From assembly GCA_000320545.1 (NCBI GenBank), contig ADNK01000414.1:1-64000 (forward strand): 64,000 nucleotides of DNA. The letters are read 5' to 3'. Made by a program: the position numbers and the translations under genes. The stretch is from Bigelowiella natans CCMP2755. Taxonomy: Eukaryota; Protista; Cercozoa. Below, one piece after another: positions 38,760-50,700 of this stretch (positions are counted from its first letter, which is position 1; every line of letters begins with the position of its first letter). The notes under the pieces are model-generated. The model had not been told where the DNA came from. It saw only the letters and a list, made by a program, of their open reading frames with translations, and made no database searches.

Positions 38760-39990
38760 CACGTCATGCAACCTGCAAGTTCATCGGATGGTGTGGGATT
38801 GCGTGCAAGTCAGGTGCAAAACAATGCAACAAATCCAAGATTCGCCTCAAGCTGCGTGAATGAATGAAGATGGAGCATGTTGTACATCGACCTCTGCATG
38901 CTGCCACAAACTGCAGATTGCTGAATGGCGATGCTCTTGCATGTGTTGGCGTTGAGTGCATCGCGTGCATCGACCATTGCTGCATGGCACGTGAACTGCA
39001 GCTGGTGTGCACGGGTGCAGTGCTGCTGCGCTTGCACGTATGTGTGGCTCTGATGATTGCATCCGATCCGGTCTGCCTTTCGATTCGTTTGCAAACTGGT
39101 CCTGCACAGCATCGCGGAAGCCACAAGTAGCAAGTGCCACTGAAGCTCTTGTCCACCTCTACAACGCGAACACGCGCGGTAAACAACAAGCTTGGAACTG
39201 GACGAAATTGGGTACGTGCTGCGTCTGAGTCCGACCTCAAACCTGGCAAGCGTGTGACAGCTTGATTGCACGTAGAGGGGCGGGAACGCACGACGCTAGC
39301 CAGCACGTTGCCTCGATCGCATGAGCTTGCAGGTCATCCATTTTGTGCCCTCTGTGGCCTGCAGATCGATATACGAATCTCCTCGTCAGTCAACGGCCCT
39401 GCTAGCCTGCTAGCCTGCACCAGCAGTTGGAAAAGAATTTGAATTGAACTGCATGAATTGTCATCGTGTTCGTTCAGACATTCCAACAAAATGTGAATGA
39501 ATGAATGAATCACTTCTAATGCTTGAATCGGAAGGATACGATCATCAGACGTGCCAACTGAACCAGTCTAGCAGTGCACAATGCAAGCGCTGCTGACAAG
39601 CTGGAGCACCTCAACCGGCGGTGAAAGAAAGAAAGGAACTTGATGAAGGACTACATTGCTAGCATTGGTGAGCAGAACATGCAGGAACAAGAAGGTCATC
39701 GAAGTGGTTGAGCATATGTGCATATCTAGATATGTGGTGAACTTACCTAGGAATAAAACAAGCTACAATGGCTGAATGGCAAATGCGCACAACGTATAGC
39801 GGTTGCACCTTTGCGCACATATAGGCATCACAGGATATGCATCTATGCACTGCGCATGATGCGTACATACATGCAAGTCTAGAAGTTGGTGCTGAGGAGG
39901 ACACTCGATCTAGACACCATGCTAGCATGTATGGTACGGTAAACTACTATGGCTACATATTATGGTGTGCCAAGCATGTTGGTTTTGTTA
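38760..39990. repeat. Palindrome-rich block C at a convergent gene junction
   Basis: The proximal half is dense in TGCA/CATG/CACGTG. GCTAGCCT x2 near 39401, TCTAGA at 39725, 39878 and 39909, and CATGCTAGCATG at 39918-39929. Confidence 0.7.
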
Positions 39991-40009
39991 TCACAAAGCA
40001 GATCCTGTA

Positions 40010-40471
40010 TTATGAATAAGATTCACAAACACGTTGAGCTTGCTCCATCTGCTGAAGAAACTTGTAAAATTGGGGTAATGTCATCTCCATCAAATGTTCC
40101 TGGATGTAGAAAAGAGCACTCTGAGTCTCCCAATTAAAACTCAAACATGCCGGAGTAAACATCTAGGCATAATCGAGATACGCAGGCATCGTCAGATGAA
40201 AATACCTCTGTTTTATTCCCCGTGTTGATGATAAACTTTAGTTGTAGAAAACAGGTGTTTACCTACGGACATTCCAATTCTTTAGTACCGAATTTATCAT
40301 CGATAATATCTCGCGGCACTACTACCTGCTTGAGCGAATCAGTGGATGCTGTAACCCCGAATTTCCATTGCAGATCCACAAGTTCATTGACTTTTAAGGT
40401 CTATACACACAAGTATATTGTTGTATAATGTTCATTGACTTTTAAGGTCTATACACACAAGTATATTGTTG

Positions 40472-40520
<49 letters not shown>

Positions 40521-40741
40521 GTGTGTGTGTGTGTGTAATACAATAATTAAACGTAGAATGAATTGTTAGTTTGTTGGAGACTTTCTCTTTCATTGTCTGG
40601 GCAAGTTTGGTGAACGTTGTTTTCCACATAGCTCCAATACTCTCGCTTTTCCCCGCCTATTTTGCATAATAAAAATATGTGCGTCGAAAAATATATCTTC
40701 ATTCTACTAACCCACCAAACTAACCCACCAAACCAACCCAA

Positions 40742-40780
<39 letters not shown>

Positions 40781-40787
40781 TCAGAGT

Positions 40788-40830
<43 letters not shown>

Positions 40831-41286
40831 CCTCAGGAGGATTCATTTGATAAGACAAAACATGAGAACACTTACATCTACTCCAAGTTTTGTAAGTTCC
40901 TCCGTGACCGTCTCAGCCGACATATTTTTCCTCAGACTCTCGCTCAGGAAAAAGAGGAGCCCTTTCAGAGTTTCCTTCAGGACTTTTGGTTTTATGTTGT
41001 GTTCAGCGGCAAACGCAGCCAATTGCTCCTCAGGCAAACGGCCAGATGTAAGAGTTTGGAATGTGAACCCTACAAGATGCTCCAACTGCTTTGTATCTAA
41101 GAGTTCTAATTTCTGCATAAGAAATAAAGACATATTCTCTCACTGGCAAGATTCTCTAAAGATTTTGCACAATGCTTTCATGACAATGGAAATAAGTGAG
41201 CCTTCAGCTTCATTGCGGAGTGATAGAGCTATGATTTCACATACTTGCAGATCCGCGGAGATCTTTCCATCGCCAGAGGAAGTCAT
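40010..41286 (-). CDS. COMMD7: COMM domain-containing protein 7 (Commander complex), 6 exons
   Basis: MTSSGDGKISADLQ|KLELLDTKQLEHLVGF...SLRKNMSAETVTEELTKLGVD|AGKSESIGAMWK...|TLKVNELVDLQWKFGVTASTDSLKQ|VNTCFLQLKFII...|EHLMEMTLPQFYKFLQQMEQAQRVCESYS*. The WKFGVT and TLPQFY motifs are typical of COMMD7. Confidence 0.9.
40382..40477. repeat. Perfect 48-bp tandem duplication spanning a COMMD7 splice acceptor
   Basis: gttcattgacttttaaggtctatacacacaagtatattgttgtataat occurs at 40382-40429 and again at 40430-40477, abutting an (AT)n tract. Confidence 0.95.
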
Positions 41287-41736
41287 GGCGGCCACCTGAA
41301 CTCTCGAATCCGATGTTGTTGGCTGAATGGGGCCAAAATACTACGATGTATTTTCGGATGATCCATTAATGAAAAAAGATCCTAATATTATCGACAACAA
41401 AAACAACAACAACAACAACAACTTCGAATTCGACATCTTAGGATCATCGTCGCATGCAAACACTGTCCAATGATCGCCCATCCACGCTTATTCCAAAAAT
41501 AAATATCTGGGGAATATCAGGACCCACTCAATGCTGATCAAAAGATGTTGTTTATGTTCCAGTGATTTTTGAGAGGGATCCCAAAAACACCCTCACTAAA
41601 ACCCCCACGAAAAGAACTACCACAACCCCATCACGAGATCAGAACAAATAAACAAGGAATCTGTCGATCTGTTCCCCGGGGGGGGGGGGGGGGACTGCGG
41701 GCCATCGGTCTGGCAACAAATCCACGATTCCGGACA
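41287..41736. promoter_or_regulatory. Head-to-head (probable bidirectional promoter) region between COMMD7 and the TRPML-like gene
   Basis: 450 bp between divergent ATGs, with a long G run near 41678-41693. Confidence 0.45.
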
Positions 41737-43958
41737 ATGAGGGACAGCGAAGACAGGAAGGATGAACTTTACCAAAAAGCGAGACCGCTTACAAACGGTG
41801 AGTGTATAGATGATAGAGTGCTTTGTTCGTTGAAACTGAAGGACAAACATTGGTTGTTATTAGTGGTCCGTCCCCAGATACGGCAAAAATCCAATTTTTG
41901 GTGGCGATGCTCTCCATGGATAGCCTGGAAGTTTTTAATCGAAATTGGCCTGGTTGTGGTGTCCACAGCTCTGGTAATAGTGATGAGCAGCAACGACTTC
42001 AAGGCGAACAGGGCCTTGATATGGTCGCTGGAAACCATGCTGACTCCTCCCAATCTTCGAGGGGACAGCGGGATGGTGACCTATCTTGCGTCGCCGATGG
42101 TTGTTACCCAAGATGAAGCCATAGGCATTATCAGCAACTTCCACAAGGTGGCACCGCACAAACCATACAGGGAGAGTGAGGGGAGGGAGGAGATGGATGA
42201 TGCAAATAAGTTTGTTTTTGTGTAAATACGGGACAGGTTTACTATGACCTAGGAAACACAACGGTGGACTATTTTAATCATTTCAACGACGAGCAAGGGA
42301 AAATCGAACCACTCAAACTTACAGTCTCACGATATAAAGACCCTTCAAGCGCTGGTGTTGCCATAGAGCGGTATGATCTGCTGCCTTTATCAACCAGTGG
42401 CGGCGAACTTTCTTCTCCCTACGAGAGAATTGGATTCCTGGAAAAACTTTCTTCCTTCGAGCTTAATTTCCGCATCTACCATTGTCAGATCTTATACCGT
42501 CGAATTTGCAAGCAATGGACTGTCAACTACCAGCTATCTCTTAGAGATGTTCCCAACGAAAACAATCTCGGATATGCTTCTCGTGGGTTGTTTGATCTGT
42601 CCTATTCATTTGAGGACGATGACTTATACGGCATTCATCGAACAATAGTGTTGCAACTAGGGTTCTCGTTGCTTATATTGGCGTCGCTCTCCCTTTGCTC
42701 ATTGGTCTTGCCGATTCTCATTAACCTGTATAAGCTTCTTGCACGATGGCGCTCTGAATATCAGCAGAAGTTAAACTGGAACCGCCTCAATCACAGTTGG
42801 TTCGCGTTTGTAAATGGTGGGAGGGGTGGGATGACGAGACGCTCGCATTACAGTTCCGGAGTTGACGGAAGCTGTTGCTCAAATATTTGCAACGGCCTCC
42901 TCTCTTCAACAAGCAGTGCTGTGACCAAGTATGTTTGGAGAACCATCGCAATAGCAAGGGATTCGCTCTTCATTGCCTCTATTTGCACCATTCTCGAGCG
43001 CCGCACGCACTTCGTCACCCCGATTTTCCACGCGAACAACCGTATCTTGGTGCTGGCTATTGGAGTTTTCCTGGGATGGCTCTCGCTGCTGCCACATATC
43101 AAGATTTTCGGTCCGGAATACTTCGCAACGCTTCTGACTCTTCAGCGAGTATTCCCTTTCGTCTCAAAGTTTGTGCTGGGATGTTTGCCTTTATTCTTGG
43201 GGTACATCATTCTCGGTATCTCGATCCTGTCCGTCCACACGCCCAAGTTTCGGGGGATTGGTGATTCACTTATGACTCTCTGGGCGGTTCTCAACGGCGA
43301 CTGGTTGTTTGACAATTTCCAAGATGCCGCGCAATACATGCCAGTGCTGTCACGGATTTTCTTCTACACTTTCATGATCCTGTTTATCATCATTATCTCG
43401 AAGCTTGCTCTCGCCTCGGTTGAGTACATTTTCTTCAAAGCAATGCCCGATGTGTCGGACAGCACCAAGGAGGCTCATCACCTGAAGAGTGGTAAGAGAG
43501 CTACGAATGGAAGACGGCTGCGACCAAAAGGTTCCAAAACAAATCCAGAATTAGTTCTTTTGAACTACATCGTCTCGGCGAGCAACGAACTGCGCACTCG
43601 ATTTGAGCATAGCGTGAGGGAATTTCAAGCCGTAAATCCCCGGTTTGAGTATTTGACAGGCGTATCTTCCAAACATCTCTCATTGGACAGACAGGAGGAG
43701 AAGGAGGGGTGGGGGCAGAAGGAGACTGATTTGCCTGAAGGAAACACGCAAGGCTTTGCTGCACACCAGCTGATCAAGATATTTAGAAATCGTCAACTAG
43801 CCTTCAAGTCGGACGTATTTGCATGGATGAGATCCGAAGCCAAATCTCTGATCAAGACGAAAATGGCAGCGAGAAAAATCGAGCAGACTAGTATCTTCAC
43901 AAAAACGTTATCTGGGAGTTCTCGACGGAAGTTATCAACACCATTGGAGGAAAGCTAG
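41737..43958 (+). CDS. Mucolipin/TRPML-like (polycystin-mucolipin) cation channel, 2 exons
   Basis: PWIAWKFLIEIGLVVVSTAL (S1), a long S1-S2 loop, GVFLGWLSLL (S4), TLLTLQRVFPFVSKFVLGCLPLFLGY (S5), pore TLWAVLNGDWLFDNF, and SRIFFYTFMILFIII (S6). One phase-0 GT-AG intron at 42148-42237 joins the two ORFs. Confidence 0.88.
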
Positions 43959-43959
43959 T

Positions 43960-44760
43960 AATGGTATGCTAGTGTGTCTTGCGCACACTGGCGCTAAGCT
44001 CCCTAAACTTGCCCAGGCAGCTATCAATAATCGTCACGATCACCTACATGTGTACTTCCTAATTTGCGTATGCTTTGCTAATCTTGGAAGAAAAATGAAT
44101 TAAATATCGATAGATGAATTTAAGCCTCATAATGTGACAGCAATATGCATTACATGCACTAGAACATGTCTAGATGTACGTACACACAGATACATTGCAT
44201 ATACCTAGATACATTGTGTATATACGATAGCATTTTGAAGTGTCCAGCGCCATGCTACGCATTGACCATCGCATTTATAGGCGCTTGCTAGCTTCTAGAG
44301 TTACGCATGCTATGTCCTAACGCAGGCTAGCGCAGGGCAATGCATCCGAATGTGATATTTGGGCTTTGGGCATTGTACATGCTATATGCATGCATGCAAG
44401 CATCAATAATAGTCATATGTACTAGTATATCGAGCACTGCTAGCTAGCTAGACTGACCACGCGTCGCAAGAAAGCGCATAGCATCGCGACATCTGTACGG
44501 TAAGATGCGCCATTATGTTACCTCGCGTTATTACACAACTAGACAATTTACGAATGCGCTAAAACTAGAAAACGAGTAGCGTGGCACGTACATATCTAGA
44601 TGTACTAACGACACATAGGCTACTTGGGCAATAACGCGCTAATGCTTCCTTTTTGTTGTCATATAGCATTAATAGATTTGATTTTCCCTGCTGAATTACC
44701 ATAGGTAGTAGGCATACATGCATGTGGGGGCTCATTTTAGGATTGCCGCTTCACAACTAA
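43960..44760. repeat. Palindrome-rich block D at a convergent gene junction
   Basis: TCTAGA at 44169, 44294 and 44595, GCTAGCTAGCTAG at 44439-44451, ATGCATGCATGCA near 44386, plus ACATGT, GTAC and GCGC. Confidence 0.78.
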
Positions 44761-44776
44761 TGCGTCGTTGTAACAC

Positions 44777-46910
44777 TCAGTCAGAACCACCTTCCTTCCG
44801 CATCAAAAGACGCTCTCTTACGCGCTGAACAGCTGTTTCCAGCATCACCGCATCAGAGAACTCGTTCAGAGCCTCTTGGACCGCTTCTTGAAGGATATCC
44901 TTCGTAACGAACTTTTCGCTATGTCTGCCCTTGCTGTCCTTTGTATACTTGCTATCGACGTTATCGTCGACCTCGTTGTTGACTCCGCTAAGAATCTTTG
45001 GCTCGAAAGAAGGCATTCCCCGCTTGATGGCGGGGCTTGACTCGTTGATGGCGGCGTCGCTGTTGTTGTTTTCTTCCTGTCCTTCTTGTTCTTCTTCCTC
45101 TTGTTCTTCTTCTGAGCCCGACCCTAGAATAAGGGGGGACATGCCTTCGTGCATCGTTTGCTCCTTTTCGAAAGTCCCCGACACATCGATCACCTCTGCC
45201 CCTATCAAGTCTGACTTCAGCTTTACTCTTCCGATCACAAGCGACATGCGCGTCCCTGTGCTCTGGGCAGCTGTATCCACGCTGGTACGACCGCTGGTTC
45301 TGGAACTGGAGGATTCTGCTTCCTCCTCTCTAAGCGGCAATGGAAGCGAAGCTTTTGTCGGAATAGGCATGGGGAATGGCCTCCGAGAATGAAGCGGCGA
45401 GTTCTGTGAAGGAGTACCGGCGCTATTATTCTTTCCATCTACGGCGGCAACCTTGGTGGAAGACGAGGGAGTGCCGTCGCTTCGCTGGCGGTGGTGGCGG
45501 CCATAAAACAGAAGAGGCGCGGAAGTTGACCTGGGAACTCCCCCTTTTTCCCTCCGCTCGAGGGATCGAAGCAACCTCCTCTGCCTTCTTAACGTTTTGA
45601 CACCATGGGAAAGCTCCCTCCACGTCACGCCAGGCTTAAGCGTCACACGGACCCTCAGGTCTGACCTCGATTGTGGCACGAGTACCAGCGAAGAGAGGGG
45701 GGCATGCTCGTGACGGAGTGCAACGGTCATCGACACGTAGCTTGCCAGAGGTGGAAGCACACTGAACTCAAGCTTCAGTTCCAGCGTCCGATCATCGCTG
45801 GTATTTCTCATTGAGAACCACTCTTCCACGTGCGGTAGGTGCTGTTGGTGGTGGTGGCGATGGAGGTGGCGACGGCGATGATGGCTCCGCCCCCCCCGCC
45901 CTCCGTTTCCTCCCCCTCCTCCTGCTGCGTCTATTGTGTCCAATGCGGCAATTTCCATGCTACTAACAGTTCTCTTTCCCCCCTTCCCCTCCCCTACTAT
46001 CACTTCTGTAGCCGAGCTACCTCCTCTGCCATTGTTATTGTTGTTGCTGCTGCTGCTACTGGGGATTTCGAGGGGGGGTAGAACCAATCGCCTCTCCGCC
46101 TTCTTGGGAGCGATGGCTTTGCTGCTGTTGTGGGTGGTGGTAGTGCTGCCGTGGTGGGAAAGAAGCTGCTTTCTCCCTTCGTGACGACTGACCGGCAGAG
46201 AGGGAGGAATTTCAGCATAACCACCGCCGGATAGTGGTGTAGTTGTCGCAGGATGGGGCAGAATCGAGAGCATGTTGTCCTTCCCTAGAAGAAGGAGCTG
46301 ATGCTGCTGTTGCGTGGGATGTGATGATAGGGTACTGTCCTTCATGGATGCAGCACCAGGCGATGGTACATTCCCTCGAGATGTACCAGTTCCATTTCTT
46401 TCAGCGGCCGTTGCTCCAACAGCCTCTGCTGCTACAGATTTTGCTACAACCTCACTCTTGGCCTTGGTTAAAGCAGCAGCAGCAGCAGCACCGTCGTACT
46501 CCCTCAAACGCCCTAAAGCTCTCTTAAACCGGAGGATGATATCCTCCTTCTTGTCATGGTCGGAATTTGTGCTCCCTTTCTCCATCCTCCCTCCCTTCGG
46601 ATTGGCGACGGGGCCTTGGCCGAGGGAGAGGGAACGACTCAGTAGCGACGGTGTGAGTGATGATGATGAATATGATGGTGGCCGTCGGACGCCCAATACG
46701 AAGACACCTGAGGATGGCTCACCTTCTGCATCCCTATATGATGATGATGATGATGATGATAATAATAATGATAATGATGATGATGATAATGCCCCTTTGG
46801 CCCCCCCGTCAGCAGCGTTTCTTCGATGCTCCTCGACTGCTCGAACTGCAGCTGATGGACTTTCTCCCGTTACCATTTTGCCTGCTGGGGCCACAGACAA
46901 CGAGTCATCC

Positions 46911-46941
<31 letters not shown>

Positions 46942-46980
46942 CTGCACATCAAGATAGGAAGAAGACACACAAACGGCATA

Positions 46981-47017
<37 letters not shown>

Positions 47018-47711
47018 GATATACCTCTTTCCGCTGCTGCCATGTCCTTGATGCTCACAGGGGGGGCCGAGGGCATCAGCGGAGGTGTGTGGGGAGGGAA
47101 TGTTGTCTGAAGGCGAGAGAAAGACAACGCATAGTGCGAAGAATGCCCCGTGATTAAGATGTCATGCACATCGAAGACTGGGTTATTGACGTTGGTAAAC
47201 GTTATCGTGTAGCTGAAGCTTCCCACATTCATCTTTTGAGATGAGATCAGGAGATAGGCCACACAGTTGTTCCCTTGAGTGTCTTTATGTTCCTTTTCAC
47301 CGGTCTTTCCACCCACGGCATCGTTGCTAACATTACGCTGACGACACCGTATTCCAGGAGGGTTCGTCACAATGAGTATGTGAGCGGAGGAGGGGGAGGA
47401 GGAGGAAGAAGAAGAGGGGGAGGAGGAGGAGGGAGGAAACGAGCCGGAATGGCGGCCGGTCATCCTATTCTTCATGATTGAAGCAGCAGAATGATGAGCA
47501 CCAACAGCATCCGTGGGGAAGGGATCCCCTCGAGGAGCGACAACACCGCCACCGCTCCTCTGCTCATTTCTGCCTTTGTCTGCGCCCATCATTGCAACAC
47601 CCCGCTTGCCGTCTTTCTTTTTCTTCTCCTCTTCGGATATTAACGACGACGGCGATGATGACGACTTCATCGGCAAGGTCCCAGGTATGTAACGGAACTG
47701 ACGAGATGAGA

Positions 47712-47744
<33 letters not shown>

Positions 47745-50700
47745 TACTAGTAGTCGTCTTTGGCGGGATTGCTTCTATTGTTGACGATGCCCGTGGTGGT
47801 GATGAGCCATCTAGCTTTGTCGTCTCTCCATCTCGATGTCCTCTGCCTCCTTGCTGAGCAGCATCCTTCCCTTCGAGTGTTCCGTAGAGCGAAAATGCGG
47901 TTGGAACCGACTCCCTTTTGACGCGGAAGGTAGCAGGCACACATGACAGATTCACCATCTCGATGGGAATGACCTTATCTTGCCACCCATCGCAGTATCC
48001 GATTCTGCCAAGGTCATACCGGGTGAACTTCGGCCTCGATCGTGACAAGCAGGCGTGCCCAGATACTACCACCACCCCGCTGGTTTGGATCTCAGAGAAC
48101 CTCGAATCTGTCATCATCTCGCTGCTGCCGAATGTCGGTGATAGTGACGAAGGCGACGATGATGATGATGATGACGACGACGACGACGATGTTCCCAGGT
48201 GCGGAATAGAAGAAGCTCTCTCGAACAGCACCCAATAGTGAAAGGGGAGACGTGATCCACTCATCAAAGCCTCCTGCTCTTTCTCCATTTTGCCGTACTT
48301 TCGTGAGAATTTCACAGTAATTATAGCCACCCGTTTCCCGCCGGGTGGCAGGGAAATGGCTTCTCCACAGAGACGCACATCGCCGAACTTCCTCACGTTC
48401 AGTTTGTGTTCTGCCGTTCTTGACTGGCTGCGAGGAGGATGATGAGCCGTCGCATGATTTTCTTCTTTGCTGCGTGTCTGCCCTACTTCTTCTTCTTCTT
48501 CTTCTTCTTCTTCCCATGTGACAAATACCTCAATAGCACCATCACCATCACCACCACCACCACTACTACTACTACTACTACGTTTTCTTCCGCCATTACT
48601 ACTGTCGTCATTCTTCGTCTTCTCTTCCTCGTTTTCGTTCCCCTTTCCTCCTCCTCCCCACTCCTCCTCTTCCTCAACCCGAGCCAGTACCTCTTGCTCG
48701 TTATTCCATGTCCATAGCAAGGGCCGCAAACACAATGCTTCCCGAGTCGTGTTCTCGACGATTATGCGTTTTGTAGACGGCTGAACCGCCTCTACGTGGA
48801 GTCTAGAAGAGGAGGAGGAGGAGGAGGAGGAGGGAAGGCCAGATTGAAGATGCCATTCATCTGGGTGGTCAAGACCATAGTAGCTGCTTCCTTTTCGTTC
48901 CTCACGATCGACCTCAAGAGCAACATCACCATCATCGTCGTCGTCGTCATCTTCTTCATCACCATCATCATCGTCATCGTCTTCTTGCGGCTTCGAACCG
49001 TTGAGACGACGAGTCTTCCTCCTCCTCCTATTTCCTACTATCCTCCTCCTTACAACGAACCTCTTTGTGAAGGTGGAGCTATTTGACTCTTCCTTCTCCT
49101 TGATCGTTCTCGCACACCCCAAAGCATTCTGCAGGACTGGTTTTAGGCGTTTCGTGAAAATACACACTACGTCGTCGTCGTTGCTGTTGTTGCTGTTGTT
49201 GTTGTTGTTGTTGTTATTGTTGTCTCTATTCGGACTTTCCTCCTCGTCGTTTTCTTCCTCTTCTTCTTCCTCGTCCTCATCTTCCTCATCAGTTGCGTCA
49301 TAGCCATTATTGACGACATTCTTGGCAGCGGTAGGGTGCTCTACGCCTTCGTCGCTGGTCTTTTCATCATGACCATCACCATTATCATCGCCATTCTCGT
49401 CTTCCTTGCGGTGGTGGCGCTTGTTCTTCAGAGAATTGTGCAAAGTCCGCGGTTTTGCTCCCATTGCATTTGCGCTGATAGCTTTTTCAGCCTCTTCTGA
49501 TTTCTGCCCACTTCCGGGATCTCTCAACGACGCCTTCGTTATGGTCTCCCCCCCCTTCCCTTTTATTCTCTCCTTCCTTGGTTCGTATGGAGATGCCATC
49601 ACGTGAATATCACCCAAATAGACATCACAACGTGACGCTGTAGAATGAGATTCTCCGCCTTTACGAATGTCGTCGCTAGCATTACCACCACAACCGCCGC
49701 ACGAAGAAGACGACGATGACGTCCACGCCAGAGGTAGCGTTCTGTGGAAAGCAATCGTTCCAGGATTCACAAGCGCGGTCAGGTGCAACACAAATGGTGA
49801 GGTGAGAGTTGTCGTATTCCAGATCTGGATTGTAGCATGAAAGACACCCATCTTCCTCACGGTCACTTCTACAGGCATTACTATCCTGCTGCTGTTTGGC
49901 TTTTCCCTGTAGCTGCTGACACTGGTGGCGGCAGCGTATTGGGAGGAACTAAGTTTCTCATCATCTTCCACCAAGACGTCACCGCCATTTGACAATTCAC
50001 CGCCGCTATTACTACAACCACTGATGCGAGACGTGAAAGGCGCTAGAAGGCCCTCAGCTTGACCCATTCGAATGGCTGACGGCTGTGAAGGCGTGCATCG
50101 GTAGGACAACGGCAATCCCTTCGTCATGTTTGAAACTTCTAGCGAGAAGCGGAATTTGGCCACATCTCCAAGGTACGCTTTGTAACCGAGATGGATTCTC
50201 TTTTCTTGCTGCCTTTGCTGCTGCCGGTGCGTTTCTTCGTTAAGATTCTTTGAGTTTGCAGTCAGAGAACCACTTATTCTTCTTCCATCTGTACCCCGCC
50301 GGTGTGTTGCACTTGTTCTTTGCTGCTGCTGCTGCTGCTGGGACCATGGATTACTTGGCTGAGTGAAAATCACTTCCTGTCCTTTCTCTTCTCCCTCCCC
50401 CCCCACATCGCTTCCGGGCAACGATACGTGGCATTGTAGCCGAGAGTATGCTACCCTCCCCACGAGCTTAACAGTGTGCGCGGATAGTAGCATCACACAG
50501 GCATTCTCTGCTCCTCCACTCTTTCCCCCCTCCATTCTGCTCTTCTTCGCAACAGGAACAGTGATTGTTTCCGGGAAGGAGCTGTTTCGCGTGGCCAAGG
50601 CAAGAACGTCGTTAGGAGACTCTTCGACTATCTCAAACCGAATGCCCACGGAGAACTCACGGTAATCTCCTCGCTTTGCCTCTGCTGCCGACAACTGTGG

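Noticed and set aside
38764-39306. Several overlapping ORFs on both strands in block C, suggesting a transposon gene
   Set aside because: The translations are C/A/H/M-rich, as expected from TGCA/CATG composition, and carry no transposase or reverse transcriptase motifs.
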